In this document: piece after piece, positions 34,089-43,831 of the stretch
Numbering within the stretch: the first letter of the stretch is position 1
Layout: every line of letters starts with the position of its first letter
Assembly: GCA_039794345.1 (NCBI GenBank)
Contig: JBDIVQ010000005.1
Span: 2,132 to 66,131, forward strand
DNA: 64,000 bases
Direction of reading: 5' to 3'
Origin: Phycisphaerae bacterium
Lineage (GTDB): Bacteria > Planctomycetota > Phycisphaerae > Phycisphaerales > UBA5793
Notes under the pieces: generated by a model
The model's database searches: none
What the model saw: the letters and a program-made list of their open reading frames with translations, nothing else
Told to the model about the DNA's origin: nothing
Position numbers and translations under genes: made by a program

Positions 34089-36131
34089 GTGATGACCAGC
34101 GCCCTGAGCGCCCATCTCGCTCTGCACGCTTCGCCGACGCTCGCGTCGGCGGCGGAAGCGGTGCGCCTCGGCGTGCCGGTCGAGTGGATTCCCTTCGCGC
34201 CGCTCCTGGCCGCGGTGCTGTGCGGCATTCTGGCCCTGCGCCCCGGCGACGCCCGCGCCCGCTATGCCGGCGCGATCTGCGTCGCCGGACTGGGCCTGGC
34301 CTTTCTGACTTCCGTCGCGGTCGCCGTCAGCATCGGCCACGGCACGGCCCAGGAGACGATCTTCGAGTGGATCCGCTTCGACCGCCTTCGCGCCGACTTC
34401 GCCTTCTTCCTCGATCCGCTCACAAGCATCATGCTTCTCGTCGTGACGGGCATCGGCACGCTCGTGGCGGTGTACGCCTCGGAGTACATGCGCGGCGACC
34501 GCGGCTATGCGCGATTCTTCGCCTTTGTCAGTCTCTTCATCACAGCGATGACGACGCTGGTGCTCGCCGACAACCTCATCCTCATGTACCTCGGATGGGA
34601 GGGGGTGGGGCTGTGCTCGTATCTGCTCATCGGGTTCTACTACGAGAAGCCCGCCGCCGTCGCCGCCGCCAAGAAGGCGTTCATCGTCAACCGCGTCGGC
34701 GACCTCGGCTTTGCGCTGGGCATCTGCCTGGCGTACGTGCAATTCGGCAGCGTCGAGTTCGCGGTGATCTTTGAGCAGGTCGAAGCGCTGCGGGCGTCGG
34801 GCGCTGAGATCTCGACGGCGATCCAGGCGATCCCCTTCCTGCTCATGCTCGGCGCGTTCGGCAAGAGCGCGCAACTGCCGCTGTACGTCTGGCTGCCGGA
34901 TGCGATGGAAGGCCCGACGCCGGTTTCGGCCCTTATCCACGCCGCGACGATGGTGACGGCGGGCGTCTATCTCATCGCCCGCACGCTGCCCCTGTTTCTG
35001 CTCAGCGAGTACGCCCTGCCGACGGTCGCGTGGGTGGGCTGCCTGACGGCGGTCTTCTCCGCGACCATCGGCATGGCGCAGTACGACATCAAGCGCATCT
35101 TCGCCTACTCGACCGTTTCGCAACTGGGCTACATGTTCATGGGGCTGGGGGTGCTCAGCAGCGTCGGCGCGACCTTTCACCTCTTTACCCACGCCTTTTT
35201 CAAGGCGGCGCTCTTCCTCGGCTGCGGCGCGGTGATGCACGGCTTTGCGGGGCAACTCGATCTGCGCCGCCTTTCGGGCCTTGGCCGCGTGCCGGGCTGG
35301 CAGATCGTGACGGGTTCGATGCTCGTGGCCTGCCTCGCGCTGGCCGGGTTTCCGCTCACCTCCGGGTTTTTCAGCAAGGACATGATTCTGGCCGAAGCGT
35401 TCGTCACGCCCGGGCCGGGATATCGCGCGATCGGCTGGATCGGGCTGCTGACGGCGGGGATGACGGCGTACTACACCTTCCGGGTCTTCTTCCGCGTCTT
35501 CCTCGGCCCGGTGCAGTATCACCCCGGCGAAGAGCATCACGGACACGACGATGCCCATCATTTTCACCCGCACGCGCCGGGGCCGGCGATCAACTTCGTG
35601 CTCATCGTGCTGGGCATCGGCGCGATCTTCGCCGGCTGGGTCGGCGTCGGCGGCGCGCATCATGGGTGGTTCGGCTCGATGATCCATCACTCGACGGCGG
35701 CGTACGAAGCGCCGGCCGGCGCAGCGCACGGCGGCTTTTTCAGCAACCCGCACCAGTGGATGATGCTCGCGTCGTCGATCGTCGGACTCGTGGGCATCGG
35801 TGTTGCCGCATATCTGCACCTGCTCAACAGGCCGATGGCCGAGCGCCTGCGCCGAGCGATCCTGCCGGTCGCGGTTCTTGCGGAGCACAAGTGGTGCGTG
35901 GATGAGGGCTATGACCTGCTCATCCGCCGTCCGCTGCGGTTCATCGGGCACGTCTGCTACGCGCTTGGCGACACGCTCATCATCAACGGGCTGGTCGCGC
36001 TGGGCGGGGCGGTCCCGCGACTCATTGGCGCCGCGGTGCGGCCGATGCAGAACGGCCGACTTCAGGGCTACGGCCTCGGAATGGCCGGCGGGCTGGCCAC
36101 CATCATCATCATCGTCTGGGTCATGCTGTGA
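34089..36131 (+). CDS. nuoL: NADH-quinone oxidoreductase subunit L
   Basis: 680 aa antiporter-like subunit (YLGWEGVGLCSYLLIGFYYEK, KSAQLPLYVWLPDAMEGPTPVSALIHAATMVTAG). Confidence 0.93.
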   Translation: MMTSALSAHLALHASPTLASAAEAVRLGVPVEWIPFAPLLAAVLCGILALRPGDARARYAGAICVAGLGLAFLTSVAVAVSIGHGTAQETIFEWIRFDRLRADFAFFLDPLTSIMLLVVTGIGTLVAVYASEYMRGDRGYARFFAFVSLFITAMTTLVLADNLILMYLGWEGVGLCSYLLIGFYYEKPAAVAAAKKAFIVNRVGDLGFALGICLAYVQFGSVEFAVIFEQVEALRASGAEISTAIQAIPFLLMLGAFGKSAQLPLYVWLPDAMEGPTPVSALIHAATMVTAGVYLIARTLPLFLLSEYALPTVAWVGCLTAVFSATIGMAQYDIKRIFAYSTVSQLGYMFMGLGVLSSVGATFHLFTHAFFKAALFLGCGAVMHGFAGQLDLRRLSGLGRVPGWQIVTGSMLVACLALAGFPLTSGFFSKDMILAEAFVTPGPGYRAIGWIGLLTAGMTAYYTFRVFFRVFLGPVQYHPGEEHHGHDDAHHFHPHAPGPAINFVLIVLGIGAIFAGWVGVGGAHHGWFGSMIHHSTAAYEAPAGAAHGGFFSNPHQWMMLASSIVGLVGIGVAAYLHLLNRPMAERLRRAILPVAVLAEHKWCVDEGYDLLIRRPLRFIGHVCYALGDTLIINGLVALGGAVPRLIGAAVRPMQNGRLQGYGLGMAGGLATIIIIVWVML

Positions 36132-36138
36132 GCTCATC

Positions 36139-36324
36139 AGAACCAACCACAGAGATTAAGAACCAACCACAGAGAACACAGAGGACACAGAGGATGAACA
36201 GAGTTGGATTGAGAGTCGAAGTCGAAGTCGAGGACATGATGTGAAGTCGAGTGAGGTTTCTGAGATTGAAATGAACTGCATTCCCCTCTGTGCGCCCTCA
36301 GTGTCCTCAGTGTTCTCTGTGGTT
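36139..36324. repeat. low-GC inverted-repeat (MITE-like or structured-RNA) element in the nuoL-nuoM spacer
   Basis: Arms: aaccacagagaacacagaggacacagagg (36165..36193) and cccctctgtgcgccctcagtgtcctcagtgttctctgtggtt (36283..36324). They are complementary at about 34 of 39 positions. There is also a perfect 17-nt tandem duplication agaaccaaccacagaga (36139..36155, 36159..36175) and agtcga micro-repeats in the centre. Confidence 0.75.
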
Positions 36325-36350
36325 GCATCTGTTTCGACGTTTGTAGAGCC

Positions 36351-37943
36351 ATGCTGCTGACGCTGCTGCTCATCCCGATCCTCACCGCCTTCGTGCTGAT
36401 GCTGCGCCCCGCGCGGCAGGCGGCGCTGATTGCGCTGATCGGCTCGCTGGCTGCGTTCGCCTGGTCCCTGCTCGTCTGGCGCTCGTTTGACTTTGACGCG
36501 AGCGCGACGATGCAGTTGACGGCGGCGTGGACGTGGATCGAGCCGCTGGGACTGCGCCTCTCGTTGGGCGTCGATTCCATCGCGCTCATGCTCGTGATGC
36601 TCACCGCGGCCCTGACGCCGCTGGCTATCCTCGGCTCGTGGACGGCGATCACGCAGCGCATCCGCGAGTTCTACCTCTGGCTGCTCATCCTCGAAGCGGC
36701 GATGCTCGGCGTCTTTGTCGCCCGCGACCTGCTCGTCTTCTACATCGCCTTCGAGTTCACCCTCGTTCCGATGTATTTCCTCATCGCGGTCTACGGCTCG
36801 ACGAACCGCGCCCGCGCCTCGATCGTCTTCTTCCTCTACACCTTCACCGGCTCGATCATCACCCTCGTCGGCCTGGTCTATGTCGCCTGGGCGCACTGGG
36901 ACACGAACGGGCACTGGACGCTCGACATTTCGGCGCTGACGGCGACGGCGTCGGCCATGAGCACGTCGCAGCAGGCGTGGGTCCTGCTGGCGCTGTGCTG
37001 CGGCTTTGCCGTGAAGGTGCCGCTCTTCCCGGTGCACACCTGGCTGCCGCTGGCGCACACGGAAGCGCCGACGGCGGGGAGCGTCATTCTCGCGGCCGTG
37101 CTGCTCAAACTCGGAACGTACGGCTTGTATCGCTTCGCCATGCCGATGTGTCCGGCGGCGTTTCACGAGTATGCGCCGGTCATCGCCGTGCTGTGCATCA
37201 TCGGCATCATCTACGGCGCGCTCATCTGCTGGGTGCAGCGCGACATGAAGCGCCTCATCGCCTATTCCTCGGTCAGCCACCTCGGATTCTGCGTGCTCGG
37301 GCTGGCGGCCGTCAACGAGGCTGGAGTCGGCGGATCGGTCATGTACATGATCAATCACGGCCTCTCGACCGGGGCGCTGTTCTTCTGCATCGGCATGGTC
37401 TACGAGCGCTTCCACACGCGCTCGATGGATGAACTCGGCGGGCTGGCGCGGCGCATGCCGGTGTGGACCTTCTTCACGATCTTCTTTGTCCTCAGCAGCG
37501 TCGGCCTGCCGGGGCTCAACGGCTTCGTCGGCGAGTTTCTCACCTTCTTCGGCGCCTTCACCTCGGGGCAGCCGGTGCAGGGGTTGCCGACGGCCGGGCC
37601 GCTCGGACCATGGTACGGCGCCATTGCCGCGTCGGGGATGATTCTCGCGGCGATTTACCTCCTCTACTTCGCGGGTCATCTCGTGTTCGGCACGTATCAC
37701 CTGCCCGACACGTCGCACGATGGCCACGACGATCATGCCCACACGCGCCTGCCGCGCGACCTGTCGATCCGCGAGATCGCCGTGCTGGCGCCGCTGGCGT
37801 TCCTGTGCTTCTGGCTTGGGGTGCAGCCGGGCGTGATCCTCTCGCGCATCGAGCAGCCGGTGAGTGAGATCGTCACGCACGTCAACATGGCGGCGGAGCG
37901 CTCGATGCTGATCACGGCCCTGGATTCACCGGAGGGCCGCTGA
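36351..37943 (+). CDS. nuoM: NADH-quinone oxidoreductase subunit M
   Basis: 530 aa (FYIAFEFTLVPMYFLI, VKVPLFPVHTWLPLAHTEAPTAGSVILAAVLLKLG). Confidence 0.93.
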   Translation: MLLTLLLIPILTAFVLMLRPARQAALIALIGSLAAFAWSLLVWRSFDFDASATMQLTAAWTWIEPLGLRLSLGVDSIALMLVMLTAALTPLAILGSWTAITQRIREFYLWLLILEAAMLGVFVARDLLVFYIAFEFTLVPMYFLIAVYGSTNRARASIVFFLYTFTGSIITLVGLVYVAWAHWDTNGHWTLDISALTATASAMSTSQQAWVLLALCCGFAVKVPLFPVHTWLPLAHTEAPTAGSVILAAVLLKLGTYGLYRFAMPMCPAAFHEYAPVIAVLCIIGIIYGALICWVQRDMKRLIAYSSVSHLGFCVLGLAAVNEAGVGGSVMYMINHGLSTGALFFCIGMVYERFHTRSMDELGGLARRMPVWTFFTIFFVLSSVGLPGLNGFVGEFLTFFGAFTSGQPVQGLPTAGPLGPWYGAIAASGMILAAIYLLYFAGHLVFGTYHLPDTSHDGHDDHAHTRLPRDLSIREIAVLAPLAFLCFWLGVQPGVILSRIEQPVSEIVTHVNMAAERSMLITALDSPEGR

Positions 37944-37945
37944 TC

Positions 37946-39529
37946 ATGCTTGATCGCGTCGCGACACTCTGGCCCGAGATCATTCTCTTCGTCACCGTGA
38001 TGGTTCTGATGCTCACGGGCACGAGTGGAGACAAGGACATCCGCCGCGCCGGCTTGTGGATCGCCGGCGTCGGGCTGCTCCTGGCGTTCATCTTCGCGGT
38101 GCGCATGCCTGAGCCGGAGACGCTCATGCCGGGGCTGGCGGGCTTCATGCGGCCCGCAGCGTGCGTGGTGGGGTTCCTGCTTCTGATGGGTCTGGGCAAC
38201 ATTGACTCGCGGCTCGAATCGGAGGTGGACGGCGGGCGTCGCTTCGACCCCCTCGACACGACGCAGGGCGAGCAACTCTGCTTCTTTCTCCTCTCGCTCA
38301 TCGGCCTGATGCTCTGCACGACCGCGAGCGATCTCATCTGGCTCTTCCTCGCGCTGGAGATGACGAGCCTGCCGACGTACATCATGGTCGCGCGAAGCCG
38401 CTCGAAGAAGGCGTCGCAGGAAGCGGCGGTGAAGTATTTCTTCCTCGGGGCGGCGGCGGCGGCGATCTTTCTCTACGGCTTCGCCATGCTCTACGGCGCC
38501 ACCGGCTCGCTGCACCTGCTCGACATCCGCGCAGCGCTCGAAGCGCAGGCGGCGGCGGGGGGCATCGGTTCGCTGGCCATCCTCGGCCTGACGCTGGCGA
38601 TCATCGGCGTCTCCTTCAAGATCGCGGCGGTTCCCATGCACTTCTACACAGCCGATGTCTACGAAGGGGCGGCGGCGCCGGTCACGGCCTTTCTGGCCTT
38701 CGTGCCCAAGGCGGCGGGCTTCGTCGTCCTCATGCTCCTGCTCGGCACGGCCCTGCACCTCGGCGAGGGTGGGCAGGCGTGGCCCGAGGCGATTCGCGTC
38801 CTTCTCTGGGTGCTCGCGGCGCTCACCATGACCATCGGCAACGCCCTGGCGATGTGGCAGAACCGCATCAAGCGCATCCTCGCCTACTCCTCGATCGCGC
38901 ACAGCGGTTATATGCTCGTCGGCCTTGTCGCCGCGATGGAAACGGCCGGCTCGGCGAGCGCTTCTCCGGCGACCAACGGCTTCGCGGCGGTGCTCTTCTA
39001 CATCGTCGTCTACGGCATCACCAATCTCGGCGCGTTTCTCGTCCTTGCCTGCCTTGAGCGTCGCGGCGAGGAGATCGAGACCGTTGATGACCTCGAAGGA
39101 CTCTGGAGCCGCCACGCCGGGCATGCGACGATCCTCGCGCTGTGTACGCTCTCGCTCATGGGTCTGCCGCCGCTGGTCGGGTTTTTCGCGAAGTTGTTTC
39201 TCTTCACCTCGGCGATTCGCGCGGGTGAGTACGTGCTGGTGATCATCGCCGGGCTCAACAGCGCCGCCGCGGCGTGGTACTACCTGCGACTCGCGGGCGT
39301 GGGCTGGGTGCGCCGGCCGGGTTCGAGCGCCGGCGAGATCGAGCGCACGCCGGTCGTTGCGCGGCGCTTCGCGGCCGGGGTGTCCGCCGCGACGACGATC
39401 CTCCTGCTGGCGCTCACGGCGCGGCTCATCACCGCCGGCGATCAGGCGGTGCAGTTGCGCCCCTCCGACGCGCCGCCGCACCACGCCGCGCTGTCGACTC
39501 CCGCCGCGGATGATCGGCCGCAGCGCTAG
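37946..39529 (+). CDS. nuoN: NADH-quinone oxidoreductase subunit N
   Basis: 527 aa (LALEMTSLPTYIMV, FKIAAVPMHFYTADVYEGAAAPVTAFL, AYSSIAHSGYML). Confidence 0.92.
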   Translation: MLDRVATLWPEIILFVTVMVLMLTGTSGDKDIRRAGLWIAGVGLLLAFIFAVRMPEPETLMPGLAGFMRPAACVVGFLLLMGLGNIDSRLESEVDGGRRFDPLDTTQGEQLCFFLLSLIGLMLCTTASDLIWLFLALEMTSLPTYIMVARSRSKKASQEAAVKYFFLGAAAAAIFLYGFAMLYGATGSLHLLDIRAALEAQAAAGGIGSLAILGLTLAIIGVSFKIAAVPMHFYTADVYEGAAAPVTAFLAFVPKAAGFVVLMLLLGTALHLGEGGQAWPEAIRVLLWVLAALTMTIGNALAMWQNRIKRILAYSSIAHSGYMLVGLVAAMETAGSASASPATNGFAAVLFYIVVYGITNLGAFLVLACLERRGEEIETVDDLEGLWSRHAGHATILALCTLSLMGLPPLVGFFAKLFLFTSAIRAGEYVLVIIAGLNSAAAAWYYLRLAGVGWVRRPGSSAGEIERTPVVARRFAAGVSAATTILLLALTARLITAGDQAVQLRPSDAPPHHAALSTPAADDRPQR

Positions 39530-39694
39530 CGCGTGGGGTGGCATGGCGTCGCGCTTCGCGTCGCTATGCCCGGGCGTTCCCGCACGATCGATCGTCCCTG
39601 CGCGATCTGCATAGCCAGGCGAAGCACCAGGCCATGCCACCCATCACGCGCCCGCGATCGGCTCCGATCGAATCGCCGACCATACGATCTTCAC

Positions 39695-40660
39695 ATGACT
39701 GACGCGTTGGCGCGCCCCGTGATTCTCATCGTCGGCCCCACGGCGGGGGGCAAGAGCGCCCTGGCGCTGGCGCTGGCGCAGCAACTGCCCGAGCACGGCG
39801 AGATCATCAGCGCCGACTCGATGCAGGTGTATCGCGGCATGGACATCGGCACCGCCAAGCCCACCCTCGCCGAGCGGCAACTCGTTCCGCACCACCTCAT
39901 CGACATCGTGGAACCCGATGAGCCTTACTCCGTGGATGACTGGCTCAGCGCGGCTTTGCGGCTCGTCGAGGAGATTCGCGGGCGAGGTCGCCGACCGATC
40001 ATCGTCGGCGGGACCAACCTCTATGTGAAGGCGTTTCTGGAGGGGCTCTTCGACGGTTCGCCGCCCGATCAAGCGCTGCGGGCGCAACTCGCCGAGTGGA
40101 ACACCGAGCAACTGCACGCCGAAGTGTCGCGCATCGACCCAGTCATCGCGGAGCGCATTCACCGCAATGACCGCAAGCGCCTCACGCGCGCCATCGAGGT
40201 GTATCGCGCGACCGGAACGCCGCTGAGCGCCTGGCAGTCGCAGTGGGGCAGCGCGGCGTCGCGCCGTGATGTGCTGCTCATCGGGCTGGGGTGGCCGGTT
40301 GAGACGATCAACCGCCGCATCAACGCGCGCGTGCGAACTATGATCGAGGCGGGGCTGGTGGAGGAGGTCCGCCGGCTGCATGGGGCGGGTCGGCTGGGGA
40401 GGCAGGCGCGGGAGGCTCTGGGGTACAAGCAGTTGATCGCCGCGATCGAAGGCCGGGCCGCTCTCGATGACGCCATCGAGCGGATCAAGATCGAAACGAG
40501 GAGATTTGCCCGCAAGCAGCGGACGTGGCTCAAATCCTTCCGCCACCACCCAGGATCGCTCTGGATCGATTGTTCAGATGATCCAGCGCAAGACATTGCA
40601 GGACAAGTACTTGCGTTCGTGGCTGGCGGCTCTGACGCTCTGGAGCCGCCCACCTCCTGA
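39695..40660 (+). CDS. miaA: tRNA dimethylallyltransferase
   Basis: Part of ORF 39533..40660, starting at MTDALARPVILIVGPTAGGKSALAL (P-loop). Also DSMQVYRGMDIGTAKP and VPHHLID. Confidence 0.9.
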   Translation: MTDALARPVILIVGPTAGGKSALALALAQQLPEHGEIISADSMQVYRGMDIGTAKPTLAERQLVPHHLIDIVEPDEPYSVDDWLSAALRLVEEIRGRGRRPIIVGGTNLYVKAFLEGLFDGSPPDQALRAQLAEWNTEQLHAEVSRIDPVIAERIHRNDRKRLTRAIEVYRATGTPLSAWQSQWGSAASRRDVLLIGLGWPVETINRRINARVRTMIEAGLVEEVRRLHGAGRLGRQAREALGYKQLIAAIEGRAALDDAIERIKIETRRFARKQRTWLKSFRHHPGSLWIDCSDDPAQDIAGQVLAFVAGGSDALEPPTS

Positions 40661-40877
40661 GATTCATCGGGCGAAGACCTCGAACCGCCCGTAGGGTCTT
40701 CGACGTTAAAGGACTGCCACTTGACCAGCCGACAGCCTAGGGGTACGAAATGCCCCCCGGCGGCGGGCGGCACGCGACGGGAAGTGGCCCGGCACCCCGC
40801 CCGCCGGTGCCCGAACACAGGGAAGACGCCACCGCGCCGCTCCAACCTCGCTCCACAGACAGGCAAGCACTCCTCGC

Positions 40878-43481
40878 ATGGCCAAGAAGACCAAGTCCAA
40901 ACCCCCCGCCCGGCGCAGCGCCGGGGCCGCCGTTGACGCCACCGGCAAGCACCTCGTGATCGTCGAGTCGCCGAGCAAGGCGCGCAACATCAACCAGTAC
41001 CTCGGGCCGGACTACGTCGTCAGGGCCTCGGTCGGGCATGTGCGCGATCTGCCCAACAAGTCGCCCAAGGGGGTGAAGCAGCCTGTGCCCGGCGTGGACA
41101 TCGAGCATCGCTTCAAGCCGACGTACGAGGTGCTCGCCGGCAAGAAGTCCACTCTCACCGAACTGAAGAAACTCGCGCGGCAGGCGGCCGACGTCTGGTT
41201 CGCCACCGACCTCGATCGCGAGGGCGAGGCGATCGCCTGGCACCTCGCTCAGGAACTGGGCATTTCGTCGCGCGAGGCCAAGCGCGTCGTCTTCAACGCC
41301 GTGACGCGCAGCGAAGTGCAGCGGGCCTTTGCGCATCCGCATCCGATCGACGAGGACCGCGTGAACGCGCAGCAGGCGCGGCGGATTCTCGACCGGATCG
41401 TCGGCTACCAGGTCTCGCCCCTCCTGTGGAAGAAGGTCGCGCGCGGCCTGAGCGCCGGGCGCGTCCAGTCCGTCGCCGTGCGACTCATCGTCGAGCGCGA
41501 GCGCGAGATCAGGGCGTTCATTCCGGAGGAGTACTGGAACCTGAGCGTGCGCCTGACGACGCGGCGCGAGCAGTTGGGCCGGATCGCCGCCGAGTGGACC
41601 GCCTTCATCGCGAAGGTGGACGAGAAGGGGAGCGGGCCGACGGTCAAGGCCCAGAACGCCTGGCTGGCGCGGCACAGCGCGTTCCGCGCTGAACTCGCCG
41701 AGGTGGACGGGACGAAGCCCGAGATCGCCGACGCCGACGCTGCCCTGAACCTCGCGAAGCGAACCGGCTTTGTTCTGACGGAGCGCCTCGAGGCGCGCGA
41801 TGCGAAGGGCAAGGGGCCCGCCGCGAATCTCGTCGAACTCGTGGGCACGACACGCCCCGACGACTTCATCATCACCTCGATCGAAACGAAGCGCACGACG
41901 TCGCGGCCCTCGGCGCCCTTCATCACCTCGACGCTCCAGCAGGCGGCCTCGACGCGCCTGGGATTCGGCGCCCAGCGCACCATGCGGGCGGCCCAGCAAC
42001 TCTACGAAGGCGTGGACCTGCCCGGCCGCGGCCTGCTCGGCCTCATCACCTACATGCGCACCGACTCGACTCACCTCTCGCGCGAGGCGCTGAGCATGGC
42101 CCGCGATTTCATCGGCGCGACGTTCGGCGAAAAGTACCTGCCCGACGCCCCCATCGCCTATTCGAGTTCGAACAAGGCCGCCCAGGAGGCGCACGAGGCG
42201 ATCCGACCCACGGACGTGAGCATTCACCCCGACTCCGTCGCCGGCGCGCTGACGCCCGACCAGGCGAAACTCTACCGCATCATCTGGGAGCGGTTCGTTT
42301 CGTGCCAGATGACGCCCGCTCAGTGGGACGCCACGACGATTCTCAGCAGCCCCGTCAGAGACAAGGGACTGGTTTTCAGGACGACCGGCCGCGTGCTCGT
42401 CTTTGACGGGTTCTTGCGCGTTGCCGGCCTGCCGGCGTCGGAGGAGCAGACGCTTCCGGACGTGAAGGAAGAGATGCTCCTCGGCCCGTTCGACCTGGCG
42501 CCGCAGCAGAAGTTCACCAGCCCGCCGCCCCGCTACACCGAGGCGTCGCTCGTCAAGACGCTCGAGGAGGAGGGCATCGGCCGGCCCTCGACGTACGCGG
42601 CCATCATCCAGACGATCCAGGACCGCAAGTACGTCGAGCAGCGCGAGCGGCGCTTCTACGCCACCGATCTCGGCGAGGTGGTTACCGACAAACTTATCGA
42701 AGCGTTCCCCGACATCCTCAACCTCGGCTTTACGCGCGAGATGGAGGAGGAACTCGACCGCATCGAATCGCGCGAGATCGACTGGGTCGCGGTGCTCGAC
42801 GAGTTCTATGTACCATTCAAGGTGAGACTGGAGGAGGCGCACGCAACGCTTGGGCATGCCAAGGCGGAGACGGAGCCGGCGCCTGACGACATCCGCTGCG
42901 AGAAGTGCGGCGCGACGACGATGTACCGCTTCGGCAAGAACGGGCGATTCCTGAGTTGCTCGCGCTATCCCGATTGCGACTACGCCTCGCCGATCGATAC
43001 GGAAGGACGGCCGCGCAAGGTCGAGCCGGTCAATGTGGCGTGCCCCAAGTGCCGGGCGCCGATGAACAAGCGCACGGGACGCTTCGGCGCTTTTCTCGGC
43101 TGTACGCGCTATCCGGAGTGCGATGGGATCGTGAAACTCGACAAGAAGGGCCGGCCCGTGGCCCCCCAGCCGCCGCCCTACGTCACCGACCAGCCCTGCC
43201 CGAAGTGCGGCGAGCCGCTCAACCTGCGCAGCGGCAAGCGCGGACCGTGGCTGAGTTGCTCGGCCTTTCCCAAGTGCCGCGGGCGCGGCGCGTGGTCCAA
43301 ACTGGACGCCAAGGTGCGCGAGCGCCTCGAGAAGGCCCTGGCCGCGCACGAGCGTGAGCATCCCGTGCCCGTCCTCCACGACCTCCAGGGCCGAGCCTTG
43401 ACCGACGAACGCGGCCAGCCCCTGGAAAGACCCGGCGAGCGCGACGGCGAGATGGGCGCCGTCTCGCACGACGCCGCGTAA
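40878..43481 (+). CDS. topA: DNA topoisomerase I
   Basis: TOPRIM LVIVESPSKA...ATDLDREGEAIAWH. Active-site region YMRTDST. Three or four C-terminal Cys4 zinc ribbons (CEKCG...CSRYPDC; CPKCR...CTRYPEC; CPKCG...CSAFPKC). Confidence 0.95.
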   Translation: MAKKTKSKPPARRSAGAAVDATGKHLVIVESPSKARNINQYLGPDYVVRASVGHVRDLPNKSPKGVKQPVPGVDIEHRFKPTYEVLAGKKSTLTELKKLARQAADVWFATDLDREGEAIAWHLAQELGISSREAKRVVFNAVTRSEVQRAFAHPHPIDEDRVNAQQARRILDRIVGYQVSPLLWKKVARGLSAGRVQSVAVRLIVEREREIRAFIPEEYWNLSVRLTTRREQLGRIAAEWTAFIAKVDEKGSGPTVKAQNAWLARHSAFRAELAEVDGTKPEIADADAALNLAKRTGFVLTERLEARDAKGKGPAANLVELVGTTRPDDFIITSIETKRTTSRPSAPFITSTLQQAASTRLGFGAQRTMRAAQQLYEGVDLPGRGLLGLITYMRTDSTHLSREALSMARDFIGATFGEKYLPDAPIAYSSSNKAAQEAHEAIRPTDVSIHPDSVAGALTPDQAKLYRIIWERFVSCQMTPAQWDATTILSSPVRDKGLVFRTTGRVLVFDGFLRVAGLPASEEQTLPDVKEEMLLGPFDLAPQQKFTSPPPRYTEASLVKTLEEEGIGRPSTYAAIIQTIQDRKYVEQRERRFYATDLGEVVTDKLIEAFPDILNLGFTREMEEELDRIESREIDWVAVLDEFYVPFKVRLEEAHATLGHAKAETEPAPDDIRCEKCGATTMYRFGKNGRFLSCSRYPDCDYASPIDTEGRPRKVEPVNVACPKCRAPMNKRTGRFGAFLGCTRYPECDGIVKLDKKGRPVAPQPPPYVTDQPCPKCGEPLNLRSGKRGPWLSCSAFPKCRGRGAWSKLDAKVRERLEKALAAHEREHPVPVLHDLQGRALTDERGQPLERPGERDGEMGAVSHDAA

Positions 43482-43831
43482 GGCGCGGCGGACCGGCACT
43501 TCGGCCTGTCCCCGGGCCCCGCGGGCCCAATGTTGCCCGCCCGCAACATCTCACTTCAGTCGCATCGCGTTCGGGCCGATTCTCTCCGAGTGATGTTGCG
43601 GGCACGCGACAGAATCGCCACGCCGAGCGGGAGCATTCGCCTCTCCCGGGTGACCGAGATGTCGGTCGAGCGGTCGGGCCTGCCGTCCGCGGCGCCGGGT
43701 CCGCCGCCGCTGGGGCACCTGGCGGCGCTGCTTCGGGAGATGCGCAGTGCGGGTCGGCCGATCGTGCATCTCGCGCCGCTTCCAGAGCAGGCCGCCCTGC
43801 GCCGCGCCGCCTGAGAGGATGATCCGTCGCC

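Noticed and set aside
36139-36260. Tandem short repeats (36139..36175, the agtcga repeats, and 49434..49474) considered as a degenerate CRISPR array or leader
   Set aside because: Only 2-3 units are present, the periods are 15-20 nt, there are no spacers of CRISPR size, and there are no cas genes in the window.
36194-36350. Micro-ORFs inside the nuoL-nuoM element (16 aa MNRVGLRVEVEVEDMM from 36194; 29 aa MNCIPLCAPSVSSVFSVVASVSTFVEPCC from 36271)
   Set aside because: Third positions are A/T-rich, unlike real genes here. Both are explained by the repeat structure. There is no independent support, and only ribosome profiling could revive them.
34023-39640. Long minus-strand ORFs (34023..36146, 36156..37880, 37733..39640)
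   Set aside because: Antisense shadows of nuoL, nuoM and nuoN. Their compositions (Arg/Asp/His/Glu runs) are incompatible with real proteins, while the plus-strand products are textbook antiporter-like subunits.
40737-43499. 920-aa ORF on the minus strand
   Set aside because: It lies exactly antisense to topA, and its translation is Arg/Ala/Gly/Leu-rich with no motifs. This is the classic shadow ORF of a GC-rich gene, where third positions coincide on the two strands. topA itself has unmistakable TOPRIM and zinc-ribbon motifs.
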